Shown: positions 18,349-27,708 of the stretch, in pieces
How the letters are laid out: every line of letters starts with the position of its first letter
Numbering within the stretch: the stretch's first letter is position 1
DNA from: Oscillospiraceae bacterium
GTDB lineage: Bacteria; Bacillota; Clostridia; Oscillospirales; Ruminococcaceae
NCBI GenBank assembly: GCA_017536625.1
Contig: JAFXGY010000005.1
Location: 45,035-109,034 of the forward strand
DNA: 64,000 nucleotides
Direction of reading: 5' to 3'
Notes under the pieces: model-generated
What the model saw: only the letters and a program-made list of their open reading frames with translations
Databases searched by the model: none
What the model was told of the DNA's origin: nothing
Position numbers and translations under genes: made by a program

Positions 18349-20103
18349 CTATTTGGAAATATAGTTCATGGGGTTTACATACTGACCGTTTATTCGAATC
18401 TCAAAGTGGAGATGCGGTCCGGTGGATCTTCCCGTTGAACCGACTGCCGCGATGATATCGCCCTGGTTGACATATTGTCCGACCTTGACGTACATGTTGC
18501 TGCAGTGTGCATAAAGGGTCTGAATACCGCCGCCGTGGTCTATCATAAGATGATAGCCATAACCGGTTGTGTTCCATTTAACTCTTACTACTGTGCCCGC
18601 CGCGGCTGCATAAATATTTGCGCCTTTGCCGACACCGGCAATATCGGTACCGGTATGACCTTTATATCCCCAAATTCCGCAGCTGACATAAGCGCCCGCC
18701 TTTTTGGTGGGCCAGATGAATCCGTTGCTTGTGCCGGAAGCATTGCCTACGGAATAAACAACGCTCTTGGTTCCTACCACTCTCTCGGCGGAAACGGGTT
18801 CTTTGATAACTTCAGTCGCAAGAACCTGGCGGGAAACGGGAACGCCGTCTTCATATGTAACAAGCGCGGTGACAAGCTGTTCGCCGGGAACGCCGGCTTT
18901 TGTGACTTTTCTGTAAGTGGTGTAATATTTGTCGCTGGGGATATCCACGGTTTTATAAGGAATATCCTCGGTATAAACCTCTCTGCGGGTGGTGGTTACG
19001 TTGAGGTAAGAAACGGATTTTGAAACTACAAGATCCTGCCCAACATAAATATTCGGGTTTTCCTCAAGAACCGGGTTCATGGCTTTAAGTTCGCTTACAT
19101 AAAGATCATACATATCCGCAATGAGGGAAGGGGATTCCCCGGCGGAAACAGTATGATATTTTTCACCCTCTATCTCGCTGTTGAGAAGGTTGCGGAATTC
19201 GGACATTGCCATGATGGAGGATGTGGGATAAACACCATCAACAAGAGCGACTTTTTGTTTGAACTGGAGTTTGGATTCGGTATCGCCCTCTTCCCGGAAC
19301 TGTTCGCGGTATTCATCAAGCAGAACAAGAAGGTTATCGGATTCATCGGTGGAACCGACGAATTCTTCATCAATATAAAGACCATAGCCTTCATAAACGC
19401 TCTGTCCGGAATTTCCGAGAATGATGTTCGCAAGTTCTTCCGGTTCGGTAAGCTCAAGGCTGCTTACCGGAACAACGGAAAATTCCGGCGTAACGCTTGT
19501 TACGCTGCTCATTTCGCTGAAAGTTCTGGAGCGGATGATCTGTTCCGCTTCGTTATAAACTTTTTCATCGGTGATATAAGCAAGGGTTTTTCCGTTGGAT
19601 TTAAGGGCAAGTCCGTATTGAAGAGAAGAAAAATACTGGAACGTTACAGCAAGGAAAACCGCCGCAAGAACCGGAGCGGCATAGTTGAATATGGTGCAGA
19701 TTATCTGCCAGACAAGTATGCCCCAGCATTCAATAACGGTTTTAAAGGCCGAAAGCTGCTCTTTGCGGCTGGAATGCTTGCTTCGGAGCAGAACATCGAA
19801 TGCGTTTGCGGCGCGGTTGCTGTATGACATGAAAGCGTGATATTTTCCCGTGAAGAAGTTCTTCGCGGAAGTATATATCTGGCGTCCGGTATGGAGCAGA
19901 AATTCCCGAAGGCTTTCTGCCGCATATCCGATTTCTCTGGAAACAAAATGATATGCTCCACGAATCTGTCGGATAAAACGAATTCCGGTAATATAGAAAA
20001 ACTCATAAATACGGAGATACAGATACTCGAAAAATGAATCAAAACCCGCCTGTTCTTTTTCAGCGGATTTGACTGACAATAAGCATGCACCTCTCTTTCT
20101 CAT
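18349..20103 (-). CDS. membrane-anchored M23 metallopeptidase with LysM and G5 domains
   Basis: HTGTDIAG and GPHLHFEI motifs, a LysM segment (YHTVSAGESPSLIA) and a G5-like segment ending GTK. Confidence 0.85.
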   Translation of the reverse strand: MRKRGACLLSVKSAEKEQAGFDSFFEYLYLRIYEFFYITGIRFIRQIRGAYHFVSREIGYAAESLREFLLHTGRQIYTSAKNFFTGKYHAFMSYSNRAANAFDVLLRSKHSSRKEQLSAFKTVIECWGILVWQIICTIFNYAAPVLAAVFLAVTFQYFSSLQYGLALKSNGKTLAYITDEKVYNEAEQIIRSRTFSEMSSVTSVTPEFSVVPVSSLELTEPEELANIILGNSGQSVYEGYGLYIDEEFVGSTDESDNLLVLLDEYREQFREEGDTESKLQFKQKVALVDGVYPTSSIMAMSEFRNLLNSEIEGEKYHTVSAGESPSLIADMYDLYVSELKAMNPVLEENPNIYVGQDLVVSKSVSYLNVTTTRREVYTEDIPYKTVDIPSDKYYTTYRKVTKAGVPGEQLVTALVTYEDGVPVSRQVLATEVIKEPVSAERVVGTKSVVYSVGNASGTSNGFIWPTKKAGAYVSCGIWGYKGHTGTDIAGVGKGANIYAAAAGTVVRVKWNTTGYGYHLMIDHGGGIQTLYAHCSNMYVKVGQYVNQGDIIAAVGSTGRSTGPHLHFEIRINGQYVNPMNYISK

Positions 20104-20243
20104 AAAAATACATGGTACATTATACAGTAAAAATCAAATAAATTCAAGCGAATTTACAGTTTGTTCTCATTTTTATAACTTTTCGGTGTATTTTTTAAGG
20201 AAAAAACAGCTTTTTCAGGAAGAAATGTGATGAAAAAAGAAAG

Positions 20244-20278
20244 AAAACTCCCGCGGAATTTTCCGCGGGAGTTTTTTA
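20244..20278 (-). terminator. xpt terminator (bidirectional shape)
   Basis: Stem ACTCCCGCGGAA/TTCCGCGGGAGT with flanking A and T runs. Confidence 0.75.
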
Positions 20279-20284
20279 AAAAAA

Positions 20285-20869
20285 TCAATCTTTTCTGAAT
20301 TCAATGGTTCCGGTTTCAGAATCAAGTTTATCAATAACGGCAAGGGATTCAAGCTGGAAGCCTTTTTCGCGGAGGGAATCTCCGCCGCCCTGGAAGCCTT
20401 TTTCGATGGCAATGCCAAGTCCTTCCACTGTTGCGCCGGATTGGTTTACGATATCTATAAGCCCGTTGAGCGCGCTTCCCACGGCAAGAAAGTCGTCAAT
20501 AATAAGAACATGGTCATCGGGAGAAAGATATTTTTTGCTGACGAAAACGTCGTAAACGCGTTTTTTGGTGAAGGAAGCAACCTTTGAAGAATAAACTTCG
20601 CCGTCGATATTAAGGCTTTCGGTCTTTTTGGCAAAAACAACCGGCGCATTATCAAAAACAGTCGCGACAATGCAGGCAATGGCAATTCCGGAAGCTTCAA
20701 TGGTGAGGATTTTGTTGATGTTCTTTCCGGCAAAGCGTTTTTTCCATTCCTCCGCCATTTCTTTAAAAAGCGCAACGTCCATCTGATGATTAAGGAAGCA
20801 GTCAACTTTAAGAATATTGCCCGGGCGGATTATACCGTCTTTGATTATTCTTTCTTCAAGGAGCTTCAT
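20285..20869 (-). CDS. xpt: xanthine phosphoribosyltransferase
   Basis: MKLLEERIIKDG...FLNHQMD and the PRPP motif VLIIDDFLAVGSA. Confidence 0.9.
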   Translation of the reverse strand: MKLLEERIIKDGIIRPGNILKVDCFLNHQMDVALFKEMAEEWKKRFAGKNINKILTIEASGIAIACIVATVFDNAPVVFAKKTESLNIDGEVYSSKVASFTKKRVYDVFVSKKYLSPDDHVLIIDDFLAVGSALNGLIDIVNQSGATVEGLGIAIEKGFQGGGDSLREKGFQLESLAVIDKLDSETGTIEFRKD

Positions 20870-21028
20870 AAAAAAATTCCTCCGTCGTTTATTTGGTTAT
20901 AAAGCTATTTTACACTTATATGTGAAATTTTTCAACACAATATGAGAAATATTGCGAAAAACTTGACGAAAAAATCAAAAAGGGGTATTTTAACCATAAG
21001 GGAATTTTTTCGGAAGGTGAGTGGAAAA

Positions 21029-21817
21029 ATGGAACACGAGGTTCTTATCGGAACAGTGAAAAACAGAAAACAGTTCGAAGTAAATTTCGAAGAAAAATTC
21101 TATCATATCCCCGAAGCGGTCGTTCCGAAGAATATGTTTCCGGTGGAATATGTCGCGCTCTATCTTCCTTCCGGAACTTTCGGCGATGAAGATGGCTGCA
21201 TCCGCTATTACGGAAAAGTAAAAAAGGCGGAAGTGATAAAAAGGGAGGAGATAACTTCTCTTCCTTCCAAAAACGGAAATATGATGTATTATCGCTTTGA
21301 TATCGAGGAATGGAAAAAGCTTGATTCCCCGATAATAAGGGAATGCGGCGGGGTTTATGCAAAGGCATTCACAAGCCTCGAAAAACTTCTTTCAGCCAAA
21401 AAGCTTTCGGATATTGTGAATACCGAAAAAGCGGCCGCCAAAAAAGTAAAAAGCCGCGGCTTCAAAGCGGAAGTCCTTGAAAAAATCGAAGTGACAAAAG
21501 ACCCGGTCGGCGTAAAGCTCCTTTCAAAAAGAATCAACGAAGCCGCAGGAAGAGAAAAGATTACCCCCGTTCAGATTACGAAGTATCTTCTTGAAAACGG
21601 CTATCTTAAAATGGAATTTGACCACAAAACAAAAACCAGAAATCGCGTTCCGACGGAAAAAGGAACAGCTCTCGGGATAGAAAATTTTTGGGAGATAAAC
21701 AAATTCTATCGGGAATACAGCAAGAATTATTACAGCGAAAATGCCCAGCGTTTTATTATCGAACATCTCAACGAGATGATAATGATACCAATAGGCGAAG
21801 CCTATAAAAACGAATAA
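21029..21817 (+). CDS. hypothetical two-domain protein
   Basis: ATG 21029 has GAAGGTGAG upstream. No family was recognised. Confidence 0.55.
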   Translation: MEHEVLIGTVKNRKQFEVNFEEKFYHIPEAVVPKNMFPVEYVALYLPSGTFGDEDGCIRYYGKVKKAEVIKREEITSLPSKNGNMMYYRFDIEEWKKLDSPIIRECGGVYAKAFTSLEKLLSAKKLSDIVNTEKAAAKKVKSRGFKAEVLEKIEVTKDPVGVKLLSKRINEAAGREKITPVQITKYLLENGYLKMEFDHKTKTRNRVPTEKGTALGIENFWEINKFYREYSKNYYSENAQRFIIEHLNEMIMIPIGEAYKNE

Positions 21818-21821
21818 AAGC

Positions 21822-21864
21822 AAAAAAGCGGGAGCACCCCAAATGGAGTGCTTCCGCTTTTTTG
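21822..21864 (+). terminator. intrinsic terminator
   Basis: Stem AGCGGGAGCAC...GTGCTTCCGCT plus T6. Confidence 0.7.
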
Positions 21865-21885
21865 AGAAAAATTTCAGGATTGCTA

Positions 21886-21935
21886 TTGACAGCGTAACAA
21901 TGTTACGCTATAATAAGTGCGTAACAATGTTACGC
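21886..21935 (+). promoter_or_regulatory. sigma-A-type promoter carrying two identical 17-bp palindromic operators
   Basis: TTGACA (21886-21891), then GCGTAACAATGTTACGC filling the whole 17-bp spacer, then TATAAT (21909-21914), AAGT, and the same 17-mer again (21919-21935). Confidence 0.7.
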
Positions 21936-21967
21936 ACTCCGGAGAAATAAAAAAAGGAGGCAGAAAA

Positions 21968-22351
21968 ATGCAGCCCGAAGAAGAAAATCTTATATCGAAA
22001 AAACTGCTTCTTGAAAAATATTCCATATCATACGGTGCTCTCTATCGCTGGAAGCGTAAAGGGCTTATTCCGGAAGAATGGTTCATAAAAAGATCCACCG
22101 TAACCGGCCAGGAAACTTTTTTTCCGAAAGACCTTATTTTCAGAAGGGTGGAACTGATTCTTTCCAATAAAGAGGATATCCTTCTTGACGAACTGGCGAA
22201 AAAAATTTCCGGCGATGAGGAAAACAACGCAAAAATAGTCATAGATACGGTTTTTGGTGAAAAAACTTTCCGAATAAAAGATATAAAAAGCATAAAAAGG
22301 GTGCTTGAAAACGGCGAAAGCACAGATTTAAGCGAAATCCTTAAATTTTGA
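21968..22351 (+). CDS. YhbD-like DUF4004 protein with an N-terminal MerR-type HTH
   Basis: [21 protein letters not shown] motif, followed by a yhbE/yhbF-like gene. Confidence 0.55.
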   Translation: MQPEEENLISKKLLLEKYSISYGALYRWKRKGLIPEEWFIKRSTVTGQETFFPKDLIFRRVELILSNKEDILLDELAKKISGDEENNAKIVIDTVFGEKTFRIKDIKSIKRVLENGESTDLSEILKF

Positions 22352-22363
22352 CGGAGGTATATT

Positions 22364-23134
22364 ATGGATATGAAAATTGCAGGTTCCGGCGTAATTACCG
22401 CCGGAGAATATGATAAAGTGGGAATCAGCGGAAGCGTAAAATCGGAAGGCCTTATCCGCTGCAAAGAATTCCGCTGTTCCGGAGCCTTTTCCGGAAATTC
22501 AGATATTGAATGCGAAGGGGATATGCATATTTCCGGAGCTTTCAGCAACCGCGGAACTCTTTCCTCAAAAGAATTTAATGTTTCCGGAAGCGCGAAAAAC
22601 GAAGGAAGACTTTCTTCCGATATAATAAAAGTTTCCGGAGCTTTCAAAGTTGAAGGTGACTGCGCTTCTGATGAAAAAATTTCAGTTTCCGGCGGTTTCA
22701 AATGCGGCGGAACTCTCCGCGGAGCGGAAGTCAAAATCAGCGGCGGACTTAAAGTTTCCGGGGATTTTGAAGCGGAAGATGCTTATATAACCGGCGGAAT
22801 TTCCTGCGGCGGGCTTATCAATGCGGAAAATCTGAGAATCGAGCTTTCGAATTCCTACGGTTCGAAGGCCGAAAGCATCGGCGGAAGCAAAATTATAATT
22901 GAAAATTACCGCGAAAAAGGAATCATCGAAAAACTTTTCGGAAGAAAAAAATTCGGATTCGCCGTTTCGGAATCCATTGAAGGTGACGAAATAATTATCG
23001 AGCGCACAAGCGCAAAAACCGTTACCGGAAAATATGTTATGATTGGCGAAGACTGCGATATCGGTCTTGTGCAGTACAGCGAAAGCGTTGAAATCTCCCC
23101 GAAGGCGAAAGTCGGAAGATGCGAGAAAATCTGA
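22364..23134 (+). CDS. polymer-forming cytoskeletal (bactofilin-like, YhbE/YhbF-type) protein
   Basis: Repeated beta-helix-like units (xSGAF/xSGGx every ~20 aa). Confidence 0.55.
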   Translation: MDMKIAGSGVITAGEYDKVGISGSVKSEGLIRCKEFRCSGAFSGNSDIECEGDMHISGAFSNRGTLSSKEFNVSGSAKNEGRLSSDIIKVSGAFKVEGDCASDEKISVSGGFKCGGTLRGAEVKISGGLKVSGDFEAEDAYITGGISCGGLINAENLRIELSNSYGSKAESIGGSKIIIENYREKGIIEKLFGRKKFGFAVSESIEGDEIIIERTSAKTVTGKYVMIGEDCDIGLVQYSESVEISPKAKVGRCEKI

Positions 23135-23140
23135 TATAAC

Positions 23141-23179
23141 AAAAAATGAGCACCGAACAAAAATCGGTGCTCGTTTTTT
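23141..23179. terminator. bidirectional intrinsic terminator
   Basis: Stem GAGCACCGA...TCGGTGCTC with flanking A and T runs. Confidence 0.8.
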
Positions 23180-24258
23180 CAGTCGTCTTTTATCTCCTGC
23201 CAGATTTCATAAGCTTTCGGATATTCTTCCTTTTCCCACAAAACGATATTATCGATTGTGGAAATCGCCGTTTCGCCGAAGTCATCTGCGGCGGAAGCGG
23301 GAATATCCTTTTCATAAAATTTTACATTTTTTGCGGAATCATCCGGGTTTTTATCGAAGTTTTCCGCAACTTTTTTTGCCTCAAAAAGATAGCGACGTGT
23401 TCCTTCTTCGTCGTTCATGCTTTCGCAAATCTGCGCGCAGGCGGAAAGAAGGACTACGCTTCCTTTATCAAGGTAAGAAACCGTTCCGGGAATCCGGAAC
23501 ATTTTGTTGATTTCAAAGCAGGTTTTTACCGCATCAAAGGCCTTTTCAAATTCTTTGCGGCTTACATAAACATTTGCAAATCCGATGATGCATTTGAAAA
23601 GATCCGTAAGATTTCTTACAAGAGCATCGGAAAGATAGGGAAGGGATTCCTTATAGCGTTTGAAGGAGGAAGCAAGTTCATAACCGATTTCCGCATCGAA
23701 AACTCCGCCTTCATTGTGTTCTTTAAGCATATCAAGGCCTTTTTCACATTCATCAAGGATAAAGCAGATTCCGGAAAGGTCGTCATAAATATCGCTTTTT
23801 CCAATATTATGAGCATGGGGCTGTTCGATCAGGGTAAGAGCGTGCTCAAGCAGCTCTTTGGATTTGAGCACGGCTTTTCTGTCATCTTTTTCAAGCCCAA
23901 GGAAATAAAGAAGGCTGCCGCTTTGATAAACCACGTCAAAATTGTTCGGGAATTTCTGAACAGCCTTTTCCGTTTCAGAAAAAGCGTTCGTATAATTTTT
24001 CTGCGAACGCATTATGCGAAGCCTTTCGGCGGTTTCTTCTGCGGAATTGTTCCTTACGGAATAACCGAGCAGCGCATCAACCGATATCCCGAAAAAATCC
24101 GCAAGCTCCATAATAAGCGAAAGTTCCGGAACGGAAGCGCCGCTTTCCCATTTCGAAACGGCGCCGACAGAAACTCCCATAGCCTCCGCAAGCTGTTCCT
24201 GAGTAAAATTATTCTGTTTTCTGTAAAGTTTTATATTTTCGCTGATGTTCGATTTCAT
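23179..24258 (-). CDS. XRE-family HTH regulator with a C-terminal TPR-like domain (RRNPP-like architecture)
   Basis: N-terminus NIKLYRKQNNFTQEQLAEAMGVSVGAVSKWESG followed by about 290 aa of helical repeats. Confidence 0.8.
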   Translation of the reverse strand: MKSNISENIKLYRKQNNFTQEQLAEAMGVSVGAVSKWESGASVPELSLIMELADFFGISVDALLGYSVRNNSAEETAERLRIMRSQKNYTNAFSETEKAVQKFPNNFDVVYQSGSLLYFLGLEKDDRKAVLKSKELLEHALTLIEQPHAHNIGKSDIYDDLSGICFILDECEKGLDMLKEHNEGGVFDAEIGYELASSFKRYKESLPYLSDALVRNLTDLFKCIIGFANVYVSRKEFEKAFDAVKTCFEINKMFRIPGTVSYLDKGSVVLLSACAQICESMNDEEGTRRYLFEAKKVAENFDKNPDDSAKNVKFYEKDIPASAADDFGETAISTIDNIVLWEKEEYPKAYEIWQEIKDD

Positions 24259-24454
24259 AAAATCATCTCCGTTTTGATTTCGGTACCGTGACTATATGAT
24301 ACCATTCGTTTTTCCGTTTTTGAATACACCGGCAGTAAAGCTGCTCAATAAATTTCTTAACCGGCGGTAAAATTTTGGATATTGACAGCTGTGGTAAAAT
24401 ATCTAAGGCAGGGCAGGGAAATTCTTCCCGCCGAATATAAAAAAGGAGTTTTAT

Positions 24455-25606
24455 ATGTTCAGCTTTCTTCTTGCTATAATATATATTTCGTTCATAAGCC
24501 TTGGTCTTCCGGATGCGCTTCTCGGCGGAGCCTGGCCCACGATACAGATCGAATTTGATGTTCCGGTTTCATACGCCGGAATAATTTCCATGATAATCTG
24601 CTTCGGAACCATTGCTTCAAGCCTTCTTTCCGAAAGAATGACAAAGCGCTTTGGCACCGGAAAAGTCACCGCCATAAGCGTTGCCATGACTGCATTTGCG
24701 CTTTTTGGTTTTTCGGTAAGCGATTCTTTTATAATGCTTTGCATAATTGCAGTGCCCTATGGTCTTGGTGCCGGCGGCGTGGATGCTTCCATCAATAACT
24801 ATGCAGCGGTGCATTATGCAAGCCGCCATCTCAGCTGGCTGCACTGTATGTGGGGAATAGGCGCTTCCGCAGGGCCTTATATCCTTGCGGCGGCAATGAC
24901 AAAAGGAGGCTGGAACCTCGGTTACCGTTGGGTGGCTTTTGTTCAGATTGCGCTGACGGCAGTCCTCTTCCTGACTCTACCCCTTTGGAAGGAAGATAAA
25001 ACCCCCGGCGAAAACGGCGAAAAAGCAAAATCCCTTTCAATAAAAGAAATTCTTTCCATTCCCGGCGCTAAAGAAATTATGACCGGATTTTTCTGCTACT
25101 GCGCGCTTGAAAGCACCGCAGGCCTTTGGGCAAGCAGCTATCTTGTTATGGAATTCGGCGTTCCGGAAGAAACCGCCGCAGGGCTTGCGACTTTGTTTTA
25201 TACCGGAATCACGGTCGGCAGAGCGGTAAGTGGTTTTGTAACCTATAAAGTCAGCGATAAAAATATGATTCGCCTCGGCCAGGGAATAATCGCCATCGGC
25301 GTTCTGGCAATGCTTCTTCCTTTCGGCGAAAAAATCGCCATGGCGGGAATCGTTCTTACCGGTCTTGGCTGTGCGCCGATATACCCTTGTGTAATCCATT
25401 CAACTCCCGCTCATTTCGGTGCGGATAAATCCCAGGCAATAGTGGGTGTTCAGATGGCCTGTGCCTATATCGGAAGCTGCTTTATGCCGCCGCTTTTCGG
25501 AATTATCGCAAACAAAATTTCCGCGGGGCTTCTTCCGGTTTATATCGGAATAATCCTTGTTCTGATGTTCACCGTAATGGAAAAACTCAATAAAATAAAA
25601 GTATAA
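24455..25606 (+). CDS. MFS transporter
   Basis: About 12 TM helices; 383 aa. Confidence 0.85.
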   Translation: MFSFLLAIIYISFISLGLPDALLGGAWPTIQIEFDVPVSYAGIISMIICFGTIASSLLSERMTKRFGTGKVTAISVAMTAFALFGFSVSDSFIMLCIIAVPYGLGAGGVDASINNYAAVHYASRHLSWLHCMWGIGASAGPYILAAAMTKGGWNLGYRWVAFVQIALTAVLFLTLPLWKEDKTPGENGEKAKSLSIKEILSIPGAKEIMTGFFCYCALESTAGLWASSYLVMEFGVPEETAAGLATLFYTGITVGRAVSGFVTYKVSDKNMIRLGQGIIAIGVLAMLLPFGEKIAMAGIVLTGLGCAPIYPCVIHSTPAHFGADKSQAIVGVQMACAYIGSCFMPPLFGIIANKISAGLLPVYIGIILVLMFTVMEKLNKIKV

Positions 25607-25713
25607 GTTCAGTAAAAACGGTCGGGCAAAAAATAAAAATGAAAATCCGTTGCCGGCCCCGAACGGCGACGGTTGAGAATAGAAATCACTGTTCTTTTGG
25701 TGGAGAGTTTATT

Positions 25714-25764
25714 CCCCCTTGATTTCAAGGGGGAGTCGCTCGCGGGAGCGAGCGGGTAGGGGAT
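25714..25764 (-). repeat. two-hairpin repeat, chromosomal copy (same family as the five prophage copies)
   Basis: Reverse complement reads ATCCCCTACCC-GCTCGC-TCCC-GCGAGC-GACT-CCCCCTT-GAAATC-AAGGGGG. Confidence 0.7.
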
Positions 25765-25875
25765 TAAAACTTTTCTTTTCAGGCACAACCCGGTTTCTTT
25801 TGGTTACAAAAGAAATGGGGTTGTAATAATAAAATTTGTCATATATCGCTTCAAACGTATTAAATGTTTTTTCAC

Positions 25876-25915
25876 GTTCACTCTGATGGAAAAACTCAAT
25901 AAAATAAAAGCATAA
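25876..25915 (+). repeat. 40-bp duplicate (36/40) of the MFS gene's 3' end (25567-25606)
   Basis: Direct repeat lying 309 bp downstream of the original, including a stop codon in the equivalent position. Confidence 0.85.
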
Positions 25916-25916
25916 A

Positions 25917-25949
25917 TAAAACACCCGCAAAATTGGCGGGTGTTTTTTT
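25917..25949. terminator. strong intrinsic terminator
   Basis: Stem ACACCCGC-AAAATT-GGCGGGTGT plus T7, with an A-run upstream. Confidence 0.85.
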
Positions 25950-25954
25950 GCTTT

Positions 25955-26329
25955 TCAATATTCTTCTTCGGCAAGTTCTTCCCAGGATTCGGTGATCATG
26001 CCGTTTTTAACTTTGAAGGAACGAATATGTTTATATATCCTGTCATTTTCCCCGAAGGTGAATCCGAGGAATTTTTCCTTTTCCCTGCACTGAAAATAAA
26101 CGCAAAGGGCGATTTTATCTTCATCATTGGATTCCACGGAATAGGTAATGCTGTAAACAGGATGTTTTTTGATATATTTCTTTATAAGGGCAATGGTTTC
26201 CGCTTTGTTTTTTGTTCCGGAAGAACAGTGGCATAAATAATCTTCCGAAAGATTATTTACTGCATAGGAAGTGTCTTTTCCGATATAAACATTGCAAAGA
26301 TAGTTTGTGATAAGGTCAAAATCCGTCAC
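25955..26329 (-). CDS. small cytoplasmic protein, possibly NTF2-like fold
   Basis: 124 aa; ATGA-type 4-nt overlap with the upstream ADP-ribosylglycohydrolase gene. The fold call is weak. Confidence 0.45.
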   Translation of the reverse strand: MTDFDLITNYLCNVYIGKDTSYAVNNLSEDYLCHCSSGTKNKAETIALIKKYIKKHPVYSITYSVESNDEDKIALCVYFQCREKEKFLGFTFGENDRIYKHIRSFKVKNGMITESWEELAEEEY

Positions 26330-27519
26330 ATTTCTTCATCTTCTTCCTGTCTTTTGCGAAGATAGAACATGATATCGCCGAGTATGCCGTCTTCCGCAGC
26401 CCAGGCAACATTTCCGGGGCGGACTTTTTCGCCGCTGATGATTACGGTGAACATGGCTTCAAGAAGAACTTCGGAAGCGTCGCAGACTTCACATACCATA
26501 TCCTGGTGGCTTCTGATATTGTGGTTTGCAAGAATCTGGGCATAATCATCACGGAAAAGAGGGCAGGAAACCGCATCGTGAATGAAGTTATACATGATTT
26601 CGTTATATTCCGGAACAACGTAATTTTGAGAAGTATCCGGATGGGTGATGGTTTTGCGCTCGGTTCTCGGGTTGGTAAGAAGATAATCGGCATAGAGCAT
26701 GATATCGCGCTGTTCAAATTTTGAAGGAGTTACGCTGAGGTCGCTGTTCCATTTTTCAATCACCGCAAGAAGCTTTTTATCAAGCTTTGCCATGGCGGCT
26801 GCTTTGAATTCTTCCGGAATGGGGTAATAAGCTTCCGCAATGCTGCAGGCGATTGCAGCGATGGTATCGCTGTCGCCGCCGAGGGAAATTGCCTTGCGAA
26901 GGGTATCCTCAAAGCTTTCTGCTTCATAAAAAGCGCGGAACGCCGCAGGGACGGTTCCCTGACAGGTTTCGTCAAACTGGTAATCCGGACGGATCTCATC
27001 AAGAGTTTTGCTAAGATCATATTTGTATTTAAGCTCAAGATAGCGCTTGATATAATCTTTATCATAGCCCCTTCTTGCCATAAAAATGGCAACTGCTGTT
27101 GCCTTTGCGCCTTTTATGCCTTCTTCATGGTCGTGGGTAACTCTTGCGCTGATTTCGGCATATTTTTCGACCTTTTCAAGGCTGTGGAAATACCACGCAA
27201 CGGGAGAAACACGCATTGCGCTTCCGTTGCCGAAGCTGCCATAAGGTTTCGGGTCGGAAGAGGTGAGCCACTGGCTGAAACGGTAGCCGTAACCTGCGTC
27301 CGGGAAGACTTTTCCGAACTTCCTCATGGATTTGACCATTTCTTTTTCGGTTTTTGCTTCGTTTCTGCCGCCTTTAAGAAGTGCTTCTGCAACGGCAACG
27401 GTCATAACGGTGTCGTCGGTGAAAAAGCAATCTTCGGAAAGAAGGGGAAAATCAGTTGTTTTTATGTTGTTGAATTCATATATGCTTCCGGCGATATCGC
27501 CGATTATTGCACCAATCAT
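26326..27519 (-). CDS. ADP-ribosylglycohydrolase family protein with a ~130-aa C-terminal extension
   Basis: GAIIGDIAGSxYEF, TDDTVMT and GNGSAMRVSP motifs. Confidence 0.85.
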   Translation of the reverse strand: MIGAIIGDIAGSIYEFNNIKTTDFPLLSEDCFFTDDTVMTVAVAEALLKGGRNEAKTEKEMVKSMRKFGKVFPDAGYGYRFSQWLTSSDPKPYGSFGNGSAMRVSPVAWYFHSLEKVEKYAEISARVTHDHEEGIKGAKATAVAIFMARRGYDKDYIKRYLELKYKYDLSKTLDEIRPDYQFDETCQGTVPAAFRAFYEAESFEDTLRKAISLGGDSDTIAAIACSIAEAYYPIPEEFKAAAMAKLDKKLLAVIEKWNSDLSVTPSKFEQRDIMLYADYLLTNPRTERKTITHPDTSQNYVVPEYNEIMYNFIHDAVSCPLFRDDYAQILANHNIRSHQDMVCEVCDASEVLLEAMFTVIISGEKVRPGNVAWAAEDGILGDIMFYLRKRQEEDEEM

Positions 27520-27708
27520 TTAAAATCCTCCGGTCAATATTAATCTATTTTATATAATAGCATAAAGCTTTGCAATCTTCAAGTGAGTAAAAAAATGCTT
27601 TGTTCAGTGTTTTATAAATTTTCTTTTTATGATTGAATAATGCGTTTATTTTTGTTATTCTATAGCTGAAAAGTTATTTAATATTTTTGTTTTGGAAGTG
27701 TTGTTTAT

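Noticed and set aside
20870-20941. A purine riboswitch upstream of xpt, as found in Bacillus.
   Set aside because: Only about 70 nt separate xpt from the next gene. The leader lacks the conserved purine-aptamer junction sequences.
24296-24370. A 24-aa hydrophobic ORF as the signalling pro-peptide of the XRE-TPR regulator.
   Set aside because: It has no Shine-Dalgarno, it diverges from the regulator rather than being coupled to it, and I have no conservation evidence available.
25735-25770. CRISPR-repeat-like 36-mer GTCGCTCGCGGGAGCGAGCGGGTAGGGGATTAAAAC, which resembles a type I-C repeat (GTCGC...ATTxAAAC).
   Set aside because: It occurs once only, with no spacer-repeat periodicity and no cas genes. 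It is better explained as the inverted copy of the two-hairpin repeat family.
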